NCBI RefSeq assembly: GCF_004210375.1
Contig: NC_134831.1
Location: 98,825,522 to 98,889,521, forward strand
Source of the DNA: Tachypleus tridentatus
Taxonomy: Eukaryota
DNA: 64,000 nucleotides
Direction of reading: 5' to 3'
The position numbers and the translations under genes are program-made. Positions 11,261-24,257 of this stretch are shown here, one piece after another. The first letter of the stretch is position 1. Each line of letters starts with the position of its first letter. The notes below the pieces were generated by a model that was not told the DNA's origin, did not search any database, and saw nothing but the letters and a program-made list of their open reading frames with translations.

Positions 11261-12318
11261 TCATATGAAGACGCAAACAAATATGGCTAATGATCGTCTA
11301 AGAATAGCAAAAGGCACAACCTTTCTTTGAATAGAACATACTCCGCAGTAGTCATGACGCTCTACTCATTCCATATGCTTTAATCTCAACGAAAATTCTC
11401 ACAATTTCTTAAGAATGCAACCTGCTTGTTGACTTACCCCCACAGCTGTAACTTGAGGTATGTACACTGAAGGGAATCCTTGAACCCTCTTGTTTTTAGA
11501 TACGTGCAATCTGCGCATTTTTGCATCTGAACATATTGTTATTTTAACATTTTCTCGGGACTCCTCAAAGCAAATTACAGGTTGGCGGAATGTAAAGAGA
11601 TTCAACCACAATAAAAGGTCTCACGGCCGAGCTTCTGGTCGTCATGGACCAGTAAGCAAGAAATTCGCTCGTTAAGAAGGAGGGGGGGAATACATCAGTG
11701 ATGCTTTAAGAGAGTCGTGAAAAATGTATCATATCAGAATATTTTTAATTGCTCAGTAACACTAAAACTTTGGTATCTAGCGGAAAGGTACAACAAACAA
11801 AAGATCAGGTTACTGTGAAGAGAGAACCAGGTTAGTGTAAACTTAAGCCTATTTTCGATTCCTTTTTTTTTTTTTTTTTATCTATAACTAATATATTGCA
11901 CGCATTTAGTTCTGCTGTATTGTGTTTATGTTCGTACGTAGAAGTATCATAAACAGCAGTGATGAAGTGAGGAAATATTAATCATTATAATTATATGTAC
12001 GATATCATGCACTAGTGTTAATGTCCATTTCGTATTGACCACAAATAACTTTGCAAAACGAAGATGCGTGGGTATACGTCAATGTCGAAAATATTCTGTA
12101 TGTTTTTTTGTTTTTTTGAGAGTCGACTGTGTATTTATAAATGATCCGAGGTCGTTGACAGTGCACAACTGTTAACATTTTTCTTCATGTTCGTCTTTTA
12201 CCCAATCTAACAAAATGAAAATAACGAAACCGTGAATTCATCAACTAAGACTATGCTTTCTACGTTCACCAAGTGGTGGCGCTTACAATAAAGTTTGCTC
12301 TCGATTCTTCAGTACTAG

Positions 12319-12592
12319 TCCCGGCATGGCCACGTGGTTATAACACTCAACTCTTAATCTGAGGGTCGTGGGTTCGAATCCCCATCAAACCAAACATACT
12401 CGCCCTTTCATTCGTGGGGGCGTTATATTGTTACAGTCAATCCCACTATTCGTTGGTAAAAGAGTAGCCCAAGAGTTGGCGGTGGGTGCTGATGACTAGC
12501 TGCCTTCCCTCTAGTCTTACACTGCTAAATTAGGGACGACTAACGCAGATAGCCCTCGAGTAGCTTTGCGCAAAATTCAAAACAAACAATCC
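12319..12592 (+). mobile_element. SINE family A copy
   Basis: cccggcatggccacgtggttataacactcaactcttaatctgagggtcgtgggttcgaatcc ... cgcagatagccctcgagtagctttgcgcaaaattcaaaacaaaca. Confidence 0.85.
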
Positions 12593-14430
12593 CAGCCCTG
12601 GAGCGCGCCCCACAGTTTGGAAAACACTGCTCTACATTACTGCTACACGCGATGGTCACAGCTTCCTTTACCTTTGTTATCCATTTTTACTAATACTACT
12701 GTGTATATGTTATTGTTTATACACAATTAGAAACTAATCGCCTAAATACAAGTAGCTTACATAACAACTTGAATATTTTCCCTGCTTAAAAGGATACAAC
12801 ACTGTTTAATGAAATGATGATCGAAATACTATTTAGACATCTCCTTACAACAAGAGACATATTACGGCCGACTACACCTATCCACAAAAATTTGATTTAA
12901 CGTTCCCCCTCATATTTTTTAAGGCCAAAGAAAGAATTACAAACACTGCTTTCGGCAACTTTAAACAGTTTTCTATTTTTTTCCCTCTGTAGCGACATAA
13001 GGAAAAGTGAATTTCAGTTTCTACTTTGATATGGTATAAAAGGATTAGTTAGGATGTTGTGAAAAACACAAATACTGGTGACGTTTATTTAACATACTTT
13101 AACCTTTTCCAGTGTTAAACTGAATGACCATTTCTTACTGTTTTATTCGGCACAATGTTATCATTATTATGTTAATATTTATGAAACCTGGAATTTCAGT
13201 GCTATAAACTACAGTTACAGGTTTACACATCGACTGTACAGCGGTTTGAACTAAAATCCAGATTTGAAATAAAAATAAGGTAGAGATTCATAACAATAAA
13301 ACTAAACATGTATAATTTATTCGTGAATGTGCAGAAAGTAAAAATAAGGTGTAACAGACGACATTGGTTTAAGGTCACGAACAACAGCAGGTGGTGTTTG
13401 TCTTCACTCAGGCGCGGTATAAGTGGGTAATGAGGCGTGATTTCTTCACTGAAGACAAATAGTTGATGTTGCTAGTAAAAATTATTGTGGACGCGTGCAC
13501 TTTTGTCATGATTCCCGAATGCCATGATTAAGACTAAACATCTTAGTTTAATAATATGTTATTTAATAAGGCAGTAGTACTGCAAACTGAGGTAACTGTT
13601 TCTCGCGGTTTTTGTTGCTTGTTCGTTGAAAATGTTTTGATTTGAATGTACTATGCTACAGGCATCACTTTAAATTAGCAAGAGCTTGTAACTGGCGAAT
13701 TGGAAGCCTCCAGTTTGTAGATATGGCTTTTAAAACTTACTTTTTAGATATTGGTACAAGTGTCATTCGATCAGTTTTTTTTAATGTTGTTAAGGTAGAA
13801 CACTCGTATAGAAACCTAATTTTTACAGCCAGCTAAAACGAACGCCAAAGATTTTTTGGTGGATTTTTGTGAGTGTGCGACACGCAAGTTAACCACCCAT
13901 AATTTAGTGGATATTAGAAACTCAAAGTCTGTGTATTAGGGGCTTGTATTCCAATTTATTTGTGGTGGAAATAAATAAGCTTTCTTTCCTCGGCGACAAC
14001 ATTGCTTTATTCAAAGATGGCCTACAACAATACAATATAAATATTCCTACAACGTGAAACTATAGTTATTACCCAATAATCACAAACGTCTTGCGGTGAA
14101 CTCTGTTTATATCAGTGTTGTATAAACACAAACTGTTGTAAATTATACATAAATGTTTAACATTTCTAAGTCGCAGTGTTAAGATTTAAAAGTATAGTAA
14201 TGTACCGAGGTAACATAAAGTATTTAGAACTTCAAACAAAAAAACGTTAGTTATTTTTAATTATCTTCCTACTGTATTTTGTACAACTTCATATTTAGAT
14301 TAACATATGAGAATTTGATAACAAATCGTAAGTAGTTTGAAAACATTATGTACATTAAAATAATTCTGAAGACATCTTGTGCAATTTGAAAGAAACAGCG
14401 GCCATTTAACTTTCACGCTGAAACAATGAC

Positions 14431-14507
14431 TTTCTGAGTTGATTGATTGATTGATTTAGTGTTTTATGGCACAAAGCAGCGAGGCTATCTGCGCCAGGAC
14501 TTTCTGA
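14431..14507. mobile_element. 62-bp SINE-tail-like fragment insertion flanked by a 12-bp target-site duplication
   Basis: gactttctgagt occurs at 14431-14442 and again at 14496-14507. Between the two copies lies ttgattgattgattgatttagtgttttatggcacaaagcagcgaggctatctgcgccag, where the ggcacaaagcagcgaggctatctgcgc part matches the SINE tail module. Confidence 0.55.
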
Positions 14508-14796
14508 GTGATATTCTATTAGTACTTTATATTGAGGTCTTCAGGTCGAAGTAGCAGCCAATTTAGGTGCTGTAAAAGTAAACCAAGAATATACACACAG
14601 TTAACCATGATCAGAAGTAGTAGTAACTTATATTTTTGTTATATTCACCCGAATTAAATTTAAGCTTCAAGAATATTAGACAATAGGTGTATTGGCCTTC
14701 CAAAAGCGACATGATCACCCAGAGTGGTTTATAACTAATAGGGAATTTAATATACACGTTTGTACAGAGACACCTTGTAGGGTGACTTTAATAGTA

Positions 14797-15165
14797 CCGT
14801 GTTTCTCCGATAATAAGACCTACCCATAAAATAAGACCTAGTGTGATTTTTGGGGATAGTTTTAATATAAGCCCTACCCTTAAAATAAGCCCTAGTTAAG
14901 AGTGGCAGGAAGAGGAAAGAATTTAAAAAAAAACAAATTAATTTATTAATTTGTTTAATAGTTAGTTAATTAGTTTGTTTAAGTATTAATCAGTTAGTTT
15001 AATAGTTTAATAATAGTTTATTTTAAATGGTTAGTTTAATAGTTTTACTTTGTAACTTCATTTTTTTAATATATCAAAATAAGACATCCCCCGAAAATAA
15101 GCCCTAGTGTCATATTTTGGAGTGAAAATTAATATAAGCCCTGCCTTATTTTCGGAGAAACACTG
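14797..15165. mobile_element. MITE copy 1 (~369 bp), TA-flanked, Tc1/mariner (Stowaway-like) type
   Basis: The terminal inverted repeat is ccgtgtttctccgataataagacc ... ccttattttcggagaaacactg. TA is present on both flanks. Internal aataag(a/c)cct(a/g) subrepeats are present. The whole element is near-identical to 51466-51818. Confidence 0.8.
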
Positions 15166-15761
15166 TATGTACAAGATGATGAAATACAATAATTTAAGGG
15201 AGTCACCTCCAAGGGCGGAAAATCAATTGAAATTGTCTCGGCGCGCGCGCGTCATACGTGAACGCATGAGACCGTTTGGCACTGTCGAGAACTTGATAAA
15301 AGCAGGCTCGCTGAAAGTCGTTTTATGTGAATGAGGGGCGGTCACGCGTTAGTATTGTATATAATAATAGTAAGAAAAAGATACTTGTAATAAGTTCAAG
15401 TGTTCTTACTGAACGCTGTGTAACCATTTGTGAACTGAATTTTTGAGAGGTCTTTTACAACGTGTTCTGTTTGACCGAGTATTTTGACAATAGTAGTACC
15501 ATAGTTTCCATTACAAAAAGGTTCATAAGTATGCGACGACTATCGCATGCCATTTTCTCCCTACTTGCTTTCCACATTAATCTACTGAGCTAAGGTGATG
15601 ATTTACCTAGTGCCTTGAGCTGACTCATACAAGTTTGTTTTTCAACATTAAGTTTAAGAGATATTCTTGCCTTAAATTCTGTATTCCTAATTTAACATAT
15701 CGTTATGATGTCGGTGTATGAATATTTTGCTTCAAAAACGACATGTTGCAAAAACTTCTCA

Positions 15762-18448
15762 AAGGTAATAATCTATTAGTAGCATCACACTGCTTACCAG
15801 ATGTCAAAATATAGTTCTGATCAATAATCTATTAGTAGCATCACACTGCTTACCAGATGTCAAAATATAGTTCTAATCAATAATCTATTAGTAACATCAC
15901 ACTGCTTACCAGATGTCAAAATATAGTTCTGATCAATAATCTATTAGTAGCATCACACTGCTTACCAGATGTCAAAATGTAGTTCTAATCAATAATCTAT
16001 TAGTAGCATCGCACTGCTTACCAGATGTCAAAATGTAGTTCTAATCAATAATCTATTAGTAGCATCGCACTGCTTACCAGATGTCAAAATGTAGTTCTAA
16101 TCAATAATCTATTGGTAGCATCGCACTGCTTACCAGATGTCAAAATGTGGTTCTGATCAATAATCTATTAGTAGCATCACACTGCTTACCAGATGTCAAA
16201 GTGTAGTTCTAATCAATAATCTATTAGTAGCATCACACTGCTTACCAGATGTCAAAATGTAGTTCTAATCAATAATCTATTAGTAGCATCACACTGCTTA
16301 CCAGATGTCAAAATGTAGTTCTAATCAATAATCTATTAGTAGCATCACACTGCTTACCAGATGTCAAAATGTAGTTCTAATCAATAATCTATTAGTAGCA
16401 TCACACTGCTTACCAGATGTCAAAATGTAGTTCTGATCAATAATCTATTAGTAGCATCACACTGCTTACCAGATGTCAAAATGTAGTTCTAATCAATAAT
16501 CTATTAGTAGCATCGCACTGCTTACCAGATGTCAAAATGTAGTTCTAATCAATAATCTATTAGTAGCATCGCACTGCTTACCAGATGTCAAAATGTAGTT
16601 CTAATCAATAATCTATTGGTAGCATCGCACTGCTTACCAGATGTCAAAATGTGGTTCTGATCAATAATCTATTAGTAGCATCACACTGCTTACCAGATGT
16701 CAAAATGTAGTTCTGATCAATAATCTATTAGTAGCATCACACTGCTTACCAGATGTCAAAATGTAGTTCTAATCAATAATCTATTAGTAGCATCACACTG
16801 CTTACCAGATGTCAAAATGTAGTTCTGATCAATAATCTATTAGTAGCATCACACTGCTTACCAGATGTCAAAATGTAGTTCTAATCAATAATCTATTAGT
16901 AGCATCACACTGCTTACCAGATGTCAAAATGTAGTTCTGATCAATAATCTATTAGTAGCATCACACTGCTTACCAGATGTCAAAATGTAGTTCTGATCAA
17001 TAATCTATTAGTAGCATCACACTGCTTACCAGATGTCAAAATGTAGTTCTGATCAATAATCTATTAGTAGCATCACACTGCTTACCAGATGTCAAAATGT
17101 AGTTCTGATCAATAATCTATTAGTAGCATCACACTGCTTACCAGATGTCAAAATGTAGTTCTGATCAATAATCTATTAGTAGCATCACACTGCTTACCAG
17201 ATGTCAAAATATAGTTCTGATCAATAATCTATTAGTAGCATCACACTGCTTACCAGATGTCAAAATGTAGTTCTGATCAATAATCTATTAGTAGCATCAC
17301 ACTGCTTACCAGATGTCAAAATATAGTTCTAATCAATAATCTATTAGTAGCATCACACTGCTTACCAGATGTCAAAATGTAGTTCTAATCAATAATCTAT
17401 TAGTAGCATCACACTGCTTACCAGATGTCAAAATATAGTTCTAATCAATAATTTATTAGTAGCATCACACTGCTTACCAGATGTCAAAATATAGTTCTAA
17501 TCAATAATCTATTAGTAGCATCACACTGCTTACCAGATGTCAAAATGTAGTTCTGATCAATAATCTATTAGTAGCATCACACTGCTTACCAGATGTCAAA
17601 ATGTAGTTCTCATCAATAACCTATTACTAGCATCACACTGCTTACCAGGTGTCAAAATGTAGTTCTAATCAATAATCTTAGTAGGATCACACTGCTTACC
17701 ACATGTCAAAATATAGTTCTAATCAATAATCTATTAGTAGCATCACACTGCCAACCATATGTCAAAATGTAGTTCTAATCAATAATCTATTAGTAGCATC
17801 ACACTGCTTACCAGATGTCAAAATGTAGTTCTAATCAATAATCTATTATTAGCATCACACTGCTTACCAGATGTCAAAATGTAGTTCTAATCAATAATTT
17901 ATTGGTAGCATCACACTGCTTACCAGATGTCAAAATGTAGTTCTAATCAATAATCTTAGTAGCTTCACACTGCTTACCAGATGTCAAAATATAGTTCTAA
18001 TCAATAACCTATTAGTAGCATACACTGCTTACCAGATGTCAAAATGTAGTTCTAATCAATAACCTATTAGTAGCATACACTGCTTACCAGATGTCAAAAT
18101 ATAGTTCTAATCAATAACCTATTAGTAGCATACACTGCTTACCAGATGTCAAAATGTGGTTCTGATCAATAATCTATTAGTAGCATCACACTGCTTACCA
18201 GATGTCAAAATGTAGTTCTAATCAATAACCTATTAGTAGCATCACACTGCTTACCAGATGTCAAAATGTAGTTCTGATCAATAACCTATTAGCAGCATCA
18301 CACTGCTTACCAGATGTCAACATGTAGTTCTGATCAATAATCTATTAGCAGCATCACACTGCTTACCAAATGTCAACATGTAGTTCTGATCAATAATCTT
18401 TTTGTAGCATCACACTGCTTACCGGGTGTCAAAATATAGTTCTAATAT
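15762..18448. repeat. 56-bp satellite, about 48 tandem copies
   Basis: The period is 56 bp (cttaccagat at 15961 and again at 16017). The unit is tcaataatctattagtagcatcacactgcttaccagatgtcaaaatgtagttctaa, with the variants a/g (aaaatatag or aaaatgtag), ctaatc/ctgatc and catcacac/catcgcac. Copies become progressively more diverged toward the 3 prime edge (17600-18448). Confidence 0.95.
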
Positions 18449-19089
18449 TTGTCATTCCTCTACGATTATATTGGCTCTGGTTGTCGCGTAACTTGCTGAT
18501 TTGCATATTCAAAATATTTTTCGTATAACTTATTCAACCTTCTACATATACAGTATATGGTGGTTAAGGTCTCTGTCATATATAAACACACTAATGTTTT
18601 TTACCTGCATATACTAATATAGAATTTTTCAGAATTGTTATTTTTCATACCATTTTGGTAAAAAAAAAAGTTAAATTATTTTCACTTCTTCGAGTACCCA
18701 CTGTACAGTCACCTGTGCAGAGTAACACATTGTCTTCTCATTTGCAAAATGTAAGGTGTTGTTTTTCCACTGTAAAGGTAACGATTTCTCTTGTATTTCA
18801 TTGTGGAAATTGGAATCACTAGTCACGTGTATAATGCTAGTTGCTCTCCTGGACTTTTGTTAATGGTGTAAATGGATATTTAGATTTTTTTTAAATCTAC
18901 ACATGTAGATGAACGTTTGACACGTAAGTTGTTTTACATCACATTTTCAATAAATTTTTGATATGAGTTCTCGAATTTTGAACGTTCCTGTAAAACAAAG
19001 GACAAAACGTTGTCCTACTGGCCAGTGTAGTTTTTCTCATCCTAGTGTTTCTCCAGGTATTTACTGCGCTGAATGATGGAAGGTTTTTT

Positions 19090-19348
19090 TCTTTTTGAAT
19101 TTCGCACAAAGCTACACGCCGACTATCTGCGCTAGCCGTCTCTAATTAGCAGCGTAAGACTAGATGGAAATCAGTTAATCATCACCACCAACTCTTAGGC
19201 TACTTTTTCCAACGAATAGTGGACTTAACCGTCACATTATAATGCCCCCACGGCTGAAAGGACAAGCATATCTATGACGGGGATTCGAACCAGCGACCCT
19301 CGCATTACGAGTCTCGCGCCCTAACCACCTCACTGGCCATCCTGGGCC
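19090..19348 (-). mobile_element. SINE family A copy
   Basis: Reverse complement from tail (gaatttcgcacaaagctacacgccgactatctgcgctagc) to head (gggattcgaaccagcgaccctcgcattacgagtc ... ggccatcctgggcc). Confidence 0.85.
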
Positions 19349-19352
19349 GATG

Positions 19353-19520
19353 CTGGAAGGATACGTACAATTCATTGACGTCGTCAAGTGTTCTGAAGCT
19401 GATTCCTCTGGAAGGATACGTACAATTCATTGACGTCGTCAAGTGTTCTGAAGCTGATTTCTCTGGAAGGATACGTACAATACATTGACGTCGTCAAGTG
19501 TTCTGAAGCTGATTCCTCTG
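19353..19520. repeat. 55-bp tandem repeat, 3 copies, abutting the SINE head
   Basis: ctggaaggatacgtacaattcattgacgtcgtcaagtgttctgaagctgattcctct recurs at 19353, 19408 and 19463. Confidence 0.8.
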
Positions 19521-21939
19521 GTGTTGCAGGTAATCCATGCTCGGTGTGAAGGTGAAAGACAACTAAGTTATTATCAACTCCATACTGGGAACGTGACTAT
19601 TCTCTGGAAAATTGTTTTGGACCGTTGCCCAAATTGTCGTAACGTATTCTTTTTTCTTTAAGATTAACAATTGGATAATCGAGACACTATAATACAATCA
19701 AATTGATGTGATTGTTTTTACTAAGGTAGTTAAAATAAGACAGTTTGCCTTACTTTTGTGATTGAAATCTACTTTTGAAATGGTGTATAGTATATCTAGA
19801 TATGGTAAATAACAACCAACGATTATTACCATTTAGTAAGTCACAGGTATTCCACAGATTAACTAGTTCCTGAGAGGTAAGATCGAGGCAAGAAACTTAC
19901 CCTTTGATTCAGAGACAGTTTTTTCATGATTATTCGAACACTTCTTTTGATTTTATCAATTATGGTTAAGATTTGATATAGTATTTGTATTTTACCACAT
20001 GGTATTTTCATTATGAAGTTTTAGATGGTTTTAGTTTTATGTATTGTTTATTCAGAAATTTTCAAATTAAATATTTCTTCCTGTTATCTTAGTATATACA
20101 AAATTGTTTGTTTTGGACACAATTCTTGAAGTACATATTTTTTAGCAAAATGCTCCATCTTGTCTCGCTGTATGTCATTGATCGAGATGACACCTCGTGG
20201 TGCGTTGTCTTTCAACTGTATCTGTACAGTTTACCATATCTTACACAAAAACTGTCCACAGATTCCGAGCCCCTCTTTCTGGGTCTACAAGTTTAATGAA
20301 ACCATTCAGAATCCAGGTTTTTAAAACAACCAGTGTTGATAATTTTAAGAAAAGTTTTGTAACAAGAGAAGTAAGCCTCAAGAGGTCGCAGTGAAGAGTT
20401 GGTAATGTACAGTATTAATGATTGTAATAACGTGTGATGTTATGTAGTGACTTGGTTAAAAACGTGTGATGATATATCTTGATTTGTAGTTGTACTGAAA
20501 GTAGTTAGGATTACAATGTCAGACTTCCTTCGCAGCGTTAACTGTGTGCTGCGACTGATAGGTAAATAACGTGAACATGTATCTGTTTTATTGTAGTAAT
20601 CCGTTAAGGTTTTAGTCGGGTAGATAATTCACAATACTTATTCATACAGTGCTTCTATCAGTAAACATTTGTACACGTGTATATTAATACCAATAATATA
20701 ATTCTCCTCATGACGTAACAGTCAGTTCCTTTGTGTGTGGAGTTTTGTCTCGTACTATTAAAGTGTTGTATATGTGCATGTTTTATTTTACCGTTATCAA
20801 AGGTTTTACTTTACTTACATTCAAATGTTTGTATTTCTATTCATTGTATTTCATTTTCCTATAAATATTTTCTATAACAATTTATTTTGTAAGAATATTT
20901 TTATAGTGTTGTTTTTCATCTTGTTATGGAGATTTCTGTGTATTATCTTATGTAATACAGTATACATTATGGTTGAATAGGGGTTTCGTTTCTGTTCTCT
21001 TGCAACCACTTGTTTTTTTAACTTAGAACACTTCGCCTTTTGAAGGGTCAATTTTGACATCTCGAGCTGTGGTATCAACATTAGAATTTTTGTATGGTAT
21101 TACTGTTGGTTATTCCGACTGACCATATTACATATCCACTTTTACTTAACTCGTCAGTTTTATTTTAAAGGTTATTTTTTATCTGTAATCACTGTTAACG
21201 TGTTTTCATTCGTTAAATGGCGTTTGTGAGGTTGCACTCGTGATTTTCTTAAAGGGTTTCAGCTGTAATGATTTAATGATTTTTTTTCTATCTAAAGAAC
21301 TGTTCTCTGTTCTTGTAAGTGTGAAAGAAAACTAAACCACAATTTAATTAATATGGTTTTGTAAACTTTATTGAATTTAAAGTTAAAATTAACTGTTACT
21401 TGTGGACAAACCTGAAGGAAAGATGAGAGTATTGTATGAACTAACCATCTTTTTTGCTGAGTTCAGTTGGTATTACTTGAAAACTACGTGTTATCGCTAA
21501 AATGACTCACTTGTCAGTTTGCTATGTTGTGTGTGGAAAGTTTACCTCTCCACTTGATGGTTCAGCAATATGTCTGACAGCTTATGTTACAAATTTGGTT
21601 TCGGTGCTCATGGTTGGCAGAGCACATATGGTTCATTGTGTAGCTTTAATTCGCAACAAGCGAGCGCACAAAGCATTTAAAATGTATTTCATTAAAACAG
21701 TAAAATGTGCAGTAGCTTAAAACCAAATAAAGGACTTAAGGTTCCCACAATGTATTTCCAATCATCATACGTATTCATATTGCGTTTAATTATGTATGTT
21801 TTTATATGGTATAATACCAGTGCACTATCACAAAAACAAAACAAAGCTGAAATACAGTGAATCAAGGAAAGTGGTTATTGAATCATTTTGTCACTGACAA
21901 GGGTAAAAGGAAACTTGTCATTAATGCATCTTTAAAGTA

Positions 21940-22200
21940 AGACTAAAACGTTTGCACAGTTTTGTTTTCGTACAAAGCTACTCGAAAAGGTTTAAGTGTC
22001 AAAAACGATAGACTAGAAGAAAGGCGGACAGTCAATATCACTTGCTTTTAACTCTTGTGATACTCAAATCAGATAGTGGGATAGACTATCACATTATGAC
22101 ACTAACAGTTGAAAGGACAACATGCTTGAAGGTGAAATTTATACCTGTGACCCACAATTTGAGTTTCACACTAACTTCCAGGCCCTGCCAGACTCGCTTG
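21940..22200 (-). mobile_element. old degraded SINE A-like copy
   Basis: gttttcgtacaaagctactcgaaaagg ... cacattatgacactaacagttgaaaggacaacatgcttg parallels the reverse complement of the SINE A tail and body (cacattataacgcccccacggctgaaagggcgagcatg). Confidence 0.35.
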
Positions 22201-24117
22201 CGCAAACCAATAGAAAGGTAATTATCATTTTTAATATGATGCCTGTGACCAGGCCAAACTACTATTAGACATTTCAATCACTTCTCAATTCATTGTAACT
22301 CAAGGTTATCCAATCAGTGATCAGGTCTAAAAAAGCAGATTGTTCACCAAGTTGGACTTTCCACACTAGCTAGACAGCAACAAGTCTATAGACTTGCAAT
22401 GCTAGTGTTTCAAGTTTCGATCTCTCGTGATGAATAGAACATGTACTATGTGGCTTCATTCTCTGAAGAAAAATGTAAAGTACAGAGCTTAACTGTTTGA
22501 ATCTTGTTAATGGACCACAAAAGATTTTGTACGTTTCACAATATGGAAGTTAGTCAATCACAAACTGTTGCTAATTGGATACACGTCTCTCTGAAACCAG
22601 TGGAACAGAGGACAAAACGGGCCAGCAGTGTAGGACATTAGTAAAAAAGTTTCGTAAGCCTGACTAGTATACGAAACATCAGATGTTGCAATTTTCTCGC
22701 GGAAAGGGACAAAACAGCTCGCTGGCAACAGTGCCATAAACACGTGTAGCAGATTAACACTGCAAATTAATATCTTTACGGACGAGCTGCACTTTACCCG
22801 CCCCCTAACGGATCAGTAGTAAGTCTGAGAATTTATGGCTTTGTCTTAGTGTTTACTGAACTATAATTTTATTATTGCTTATTTTGTTAAATATCGCACA
22901 AAACTACTTGAAGGTTGTCTGTCTTAGTTGTCTCTAGTAGGACTTACAGTCACATCGTAACGACACTGGTTCAAATGGAGCAGATCTGGAGTCCAGTGAC
23001 TTTACCACTAAAATAACTAGATCATATGAATCAAGCTATCACACATAACAAAAATGTTTGTCTAATGTTACGAATTGCTGTGAGGAATTGGCCAAACCAA
23101 TTTTGATGAAATTTGATAGAATTGGAGTGGATCTCGCAAACTTATCTGTGAAACGGATAAGTAATCTGAAAACATTTCGAGTGTGTTTAGCCGTTTCAAT
23201 TTTACCTCGTTAATGTCGCGACTGGGCGCTCAAAACAATATATATATATATAGGGCTATATCCCAACAAATCGTTCATCCAGGGCATAAGCAAGTTTGTA
23301 ATATTACTTTACAAACCAATTTCTTTTCTTGTTATTTTATGTATTGTACGTAAAGTAATTTTTATCACGATCTCTAACTTGTCAGGACTGGTTGGTTGGT
23401 ACTTTTTTTTGTGTATGTGTACAGTTATTGTCACTTGTCACAGTATTCGTCCGCCGTGTTTTAATTTTTATTATCAACTAAGGACTTGTTGACTTGCACT
23501 GTAAAACAGTTCACCTAATTTTATCTGACATACCTATCCTACAACCCACGAATTAAGATAACTGTTTTTCATTTCTTGCTTTTCAAGTTCATGTGTTATT
23601 GTGTTATAACCTACAGTGTAATTTGCTCGTGATTCAAAACATGGGCACGTTTTAGTGACGTCACGACAGTACAAGTTATTATAACGTTAAGCATAGCTTC
23701 CAGACATTATTTTAGTATCTATTGGTTTACTGACAGACCACACACTACTGCAGAGTGGTATAAATGATTACGACATGTGACTCCCTCTAGGTGTACTTCG
23801 GCTTCCTTTTGGGGAAAAACATTTAACAAAATTCTTCAAATACTAAGAAATCTTGTCTTTATATGATTATAAACTAGAATTTGCAATTCAGTATTCGCGG
23901 CGGAAACAGCCTGTTGTACAACAAAAACAAATTATTTTAATTGTATTTTGTTAGCTCACGTTGTTTAGGTTAATCACCGTATCGTCCGTCCATTGGGTCA
24001 AACTTCCATCCCTGACATGCAGTTCCCATTAAAGCCAAAGTCCAGTTGTCATACTCTCATATTGCTTACCTATTTTATTTTATTCAAACGTTTGTAGTTA
24101 ACGAGTTTCAATGATCA

Positions 24118-24215
24118 TCTCTTATTTTTATGTAATCATACAGTCCTCCTTACCCACACTATCATACAGTCCTCCTTACCCACACTATCATACAGTTCTC
24201 CTTACCCACACTATC
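24118..24215. repeat. 26-bp tandem repeat, about 3.5 copies
   Basis: tcatacagtcctccttacccacacta is repeated in tandem. Confidence 0.7.
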
Positions 24216-24257
24216 TCCTCAGTGTCGCTGACACGCACGATAAATTGTTTCTATAAA

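Noticed and set aside
8690-18448. Regular short direct repeats that superficially resemble CRISPR arrays
   Set aside because: The units are contiguous with no unique spacers and have periods of 72, 56, 78 and 50 bp. The context is eukaryotic, with introns, SINEs and Tc1 elements. These are satellites or minisatellites, not CRISPR.
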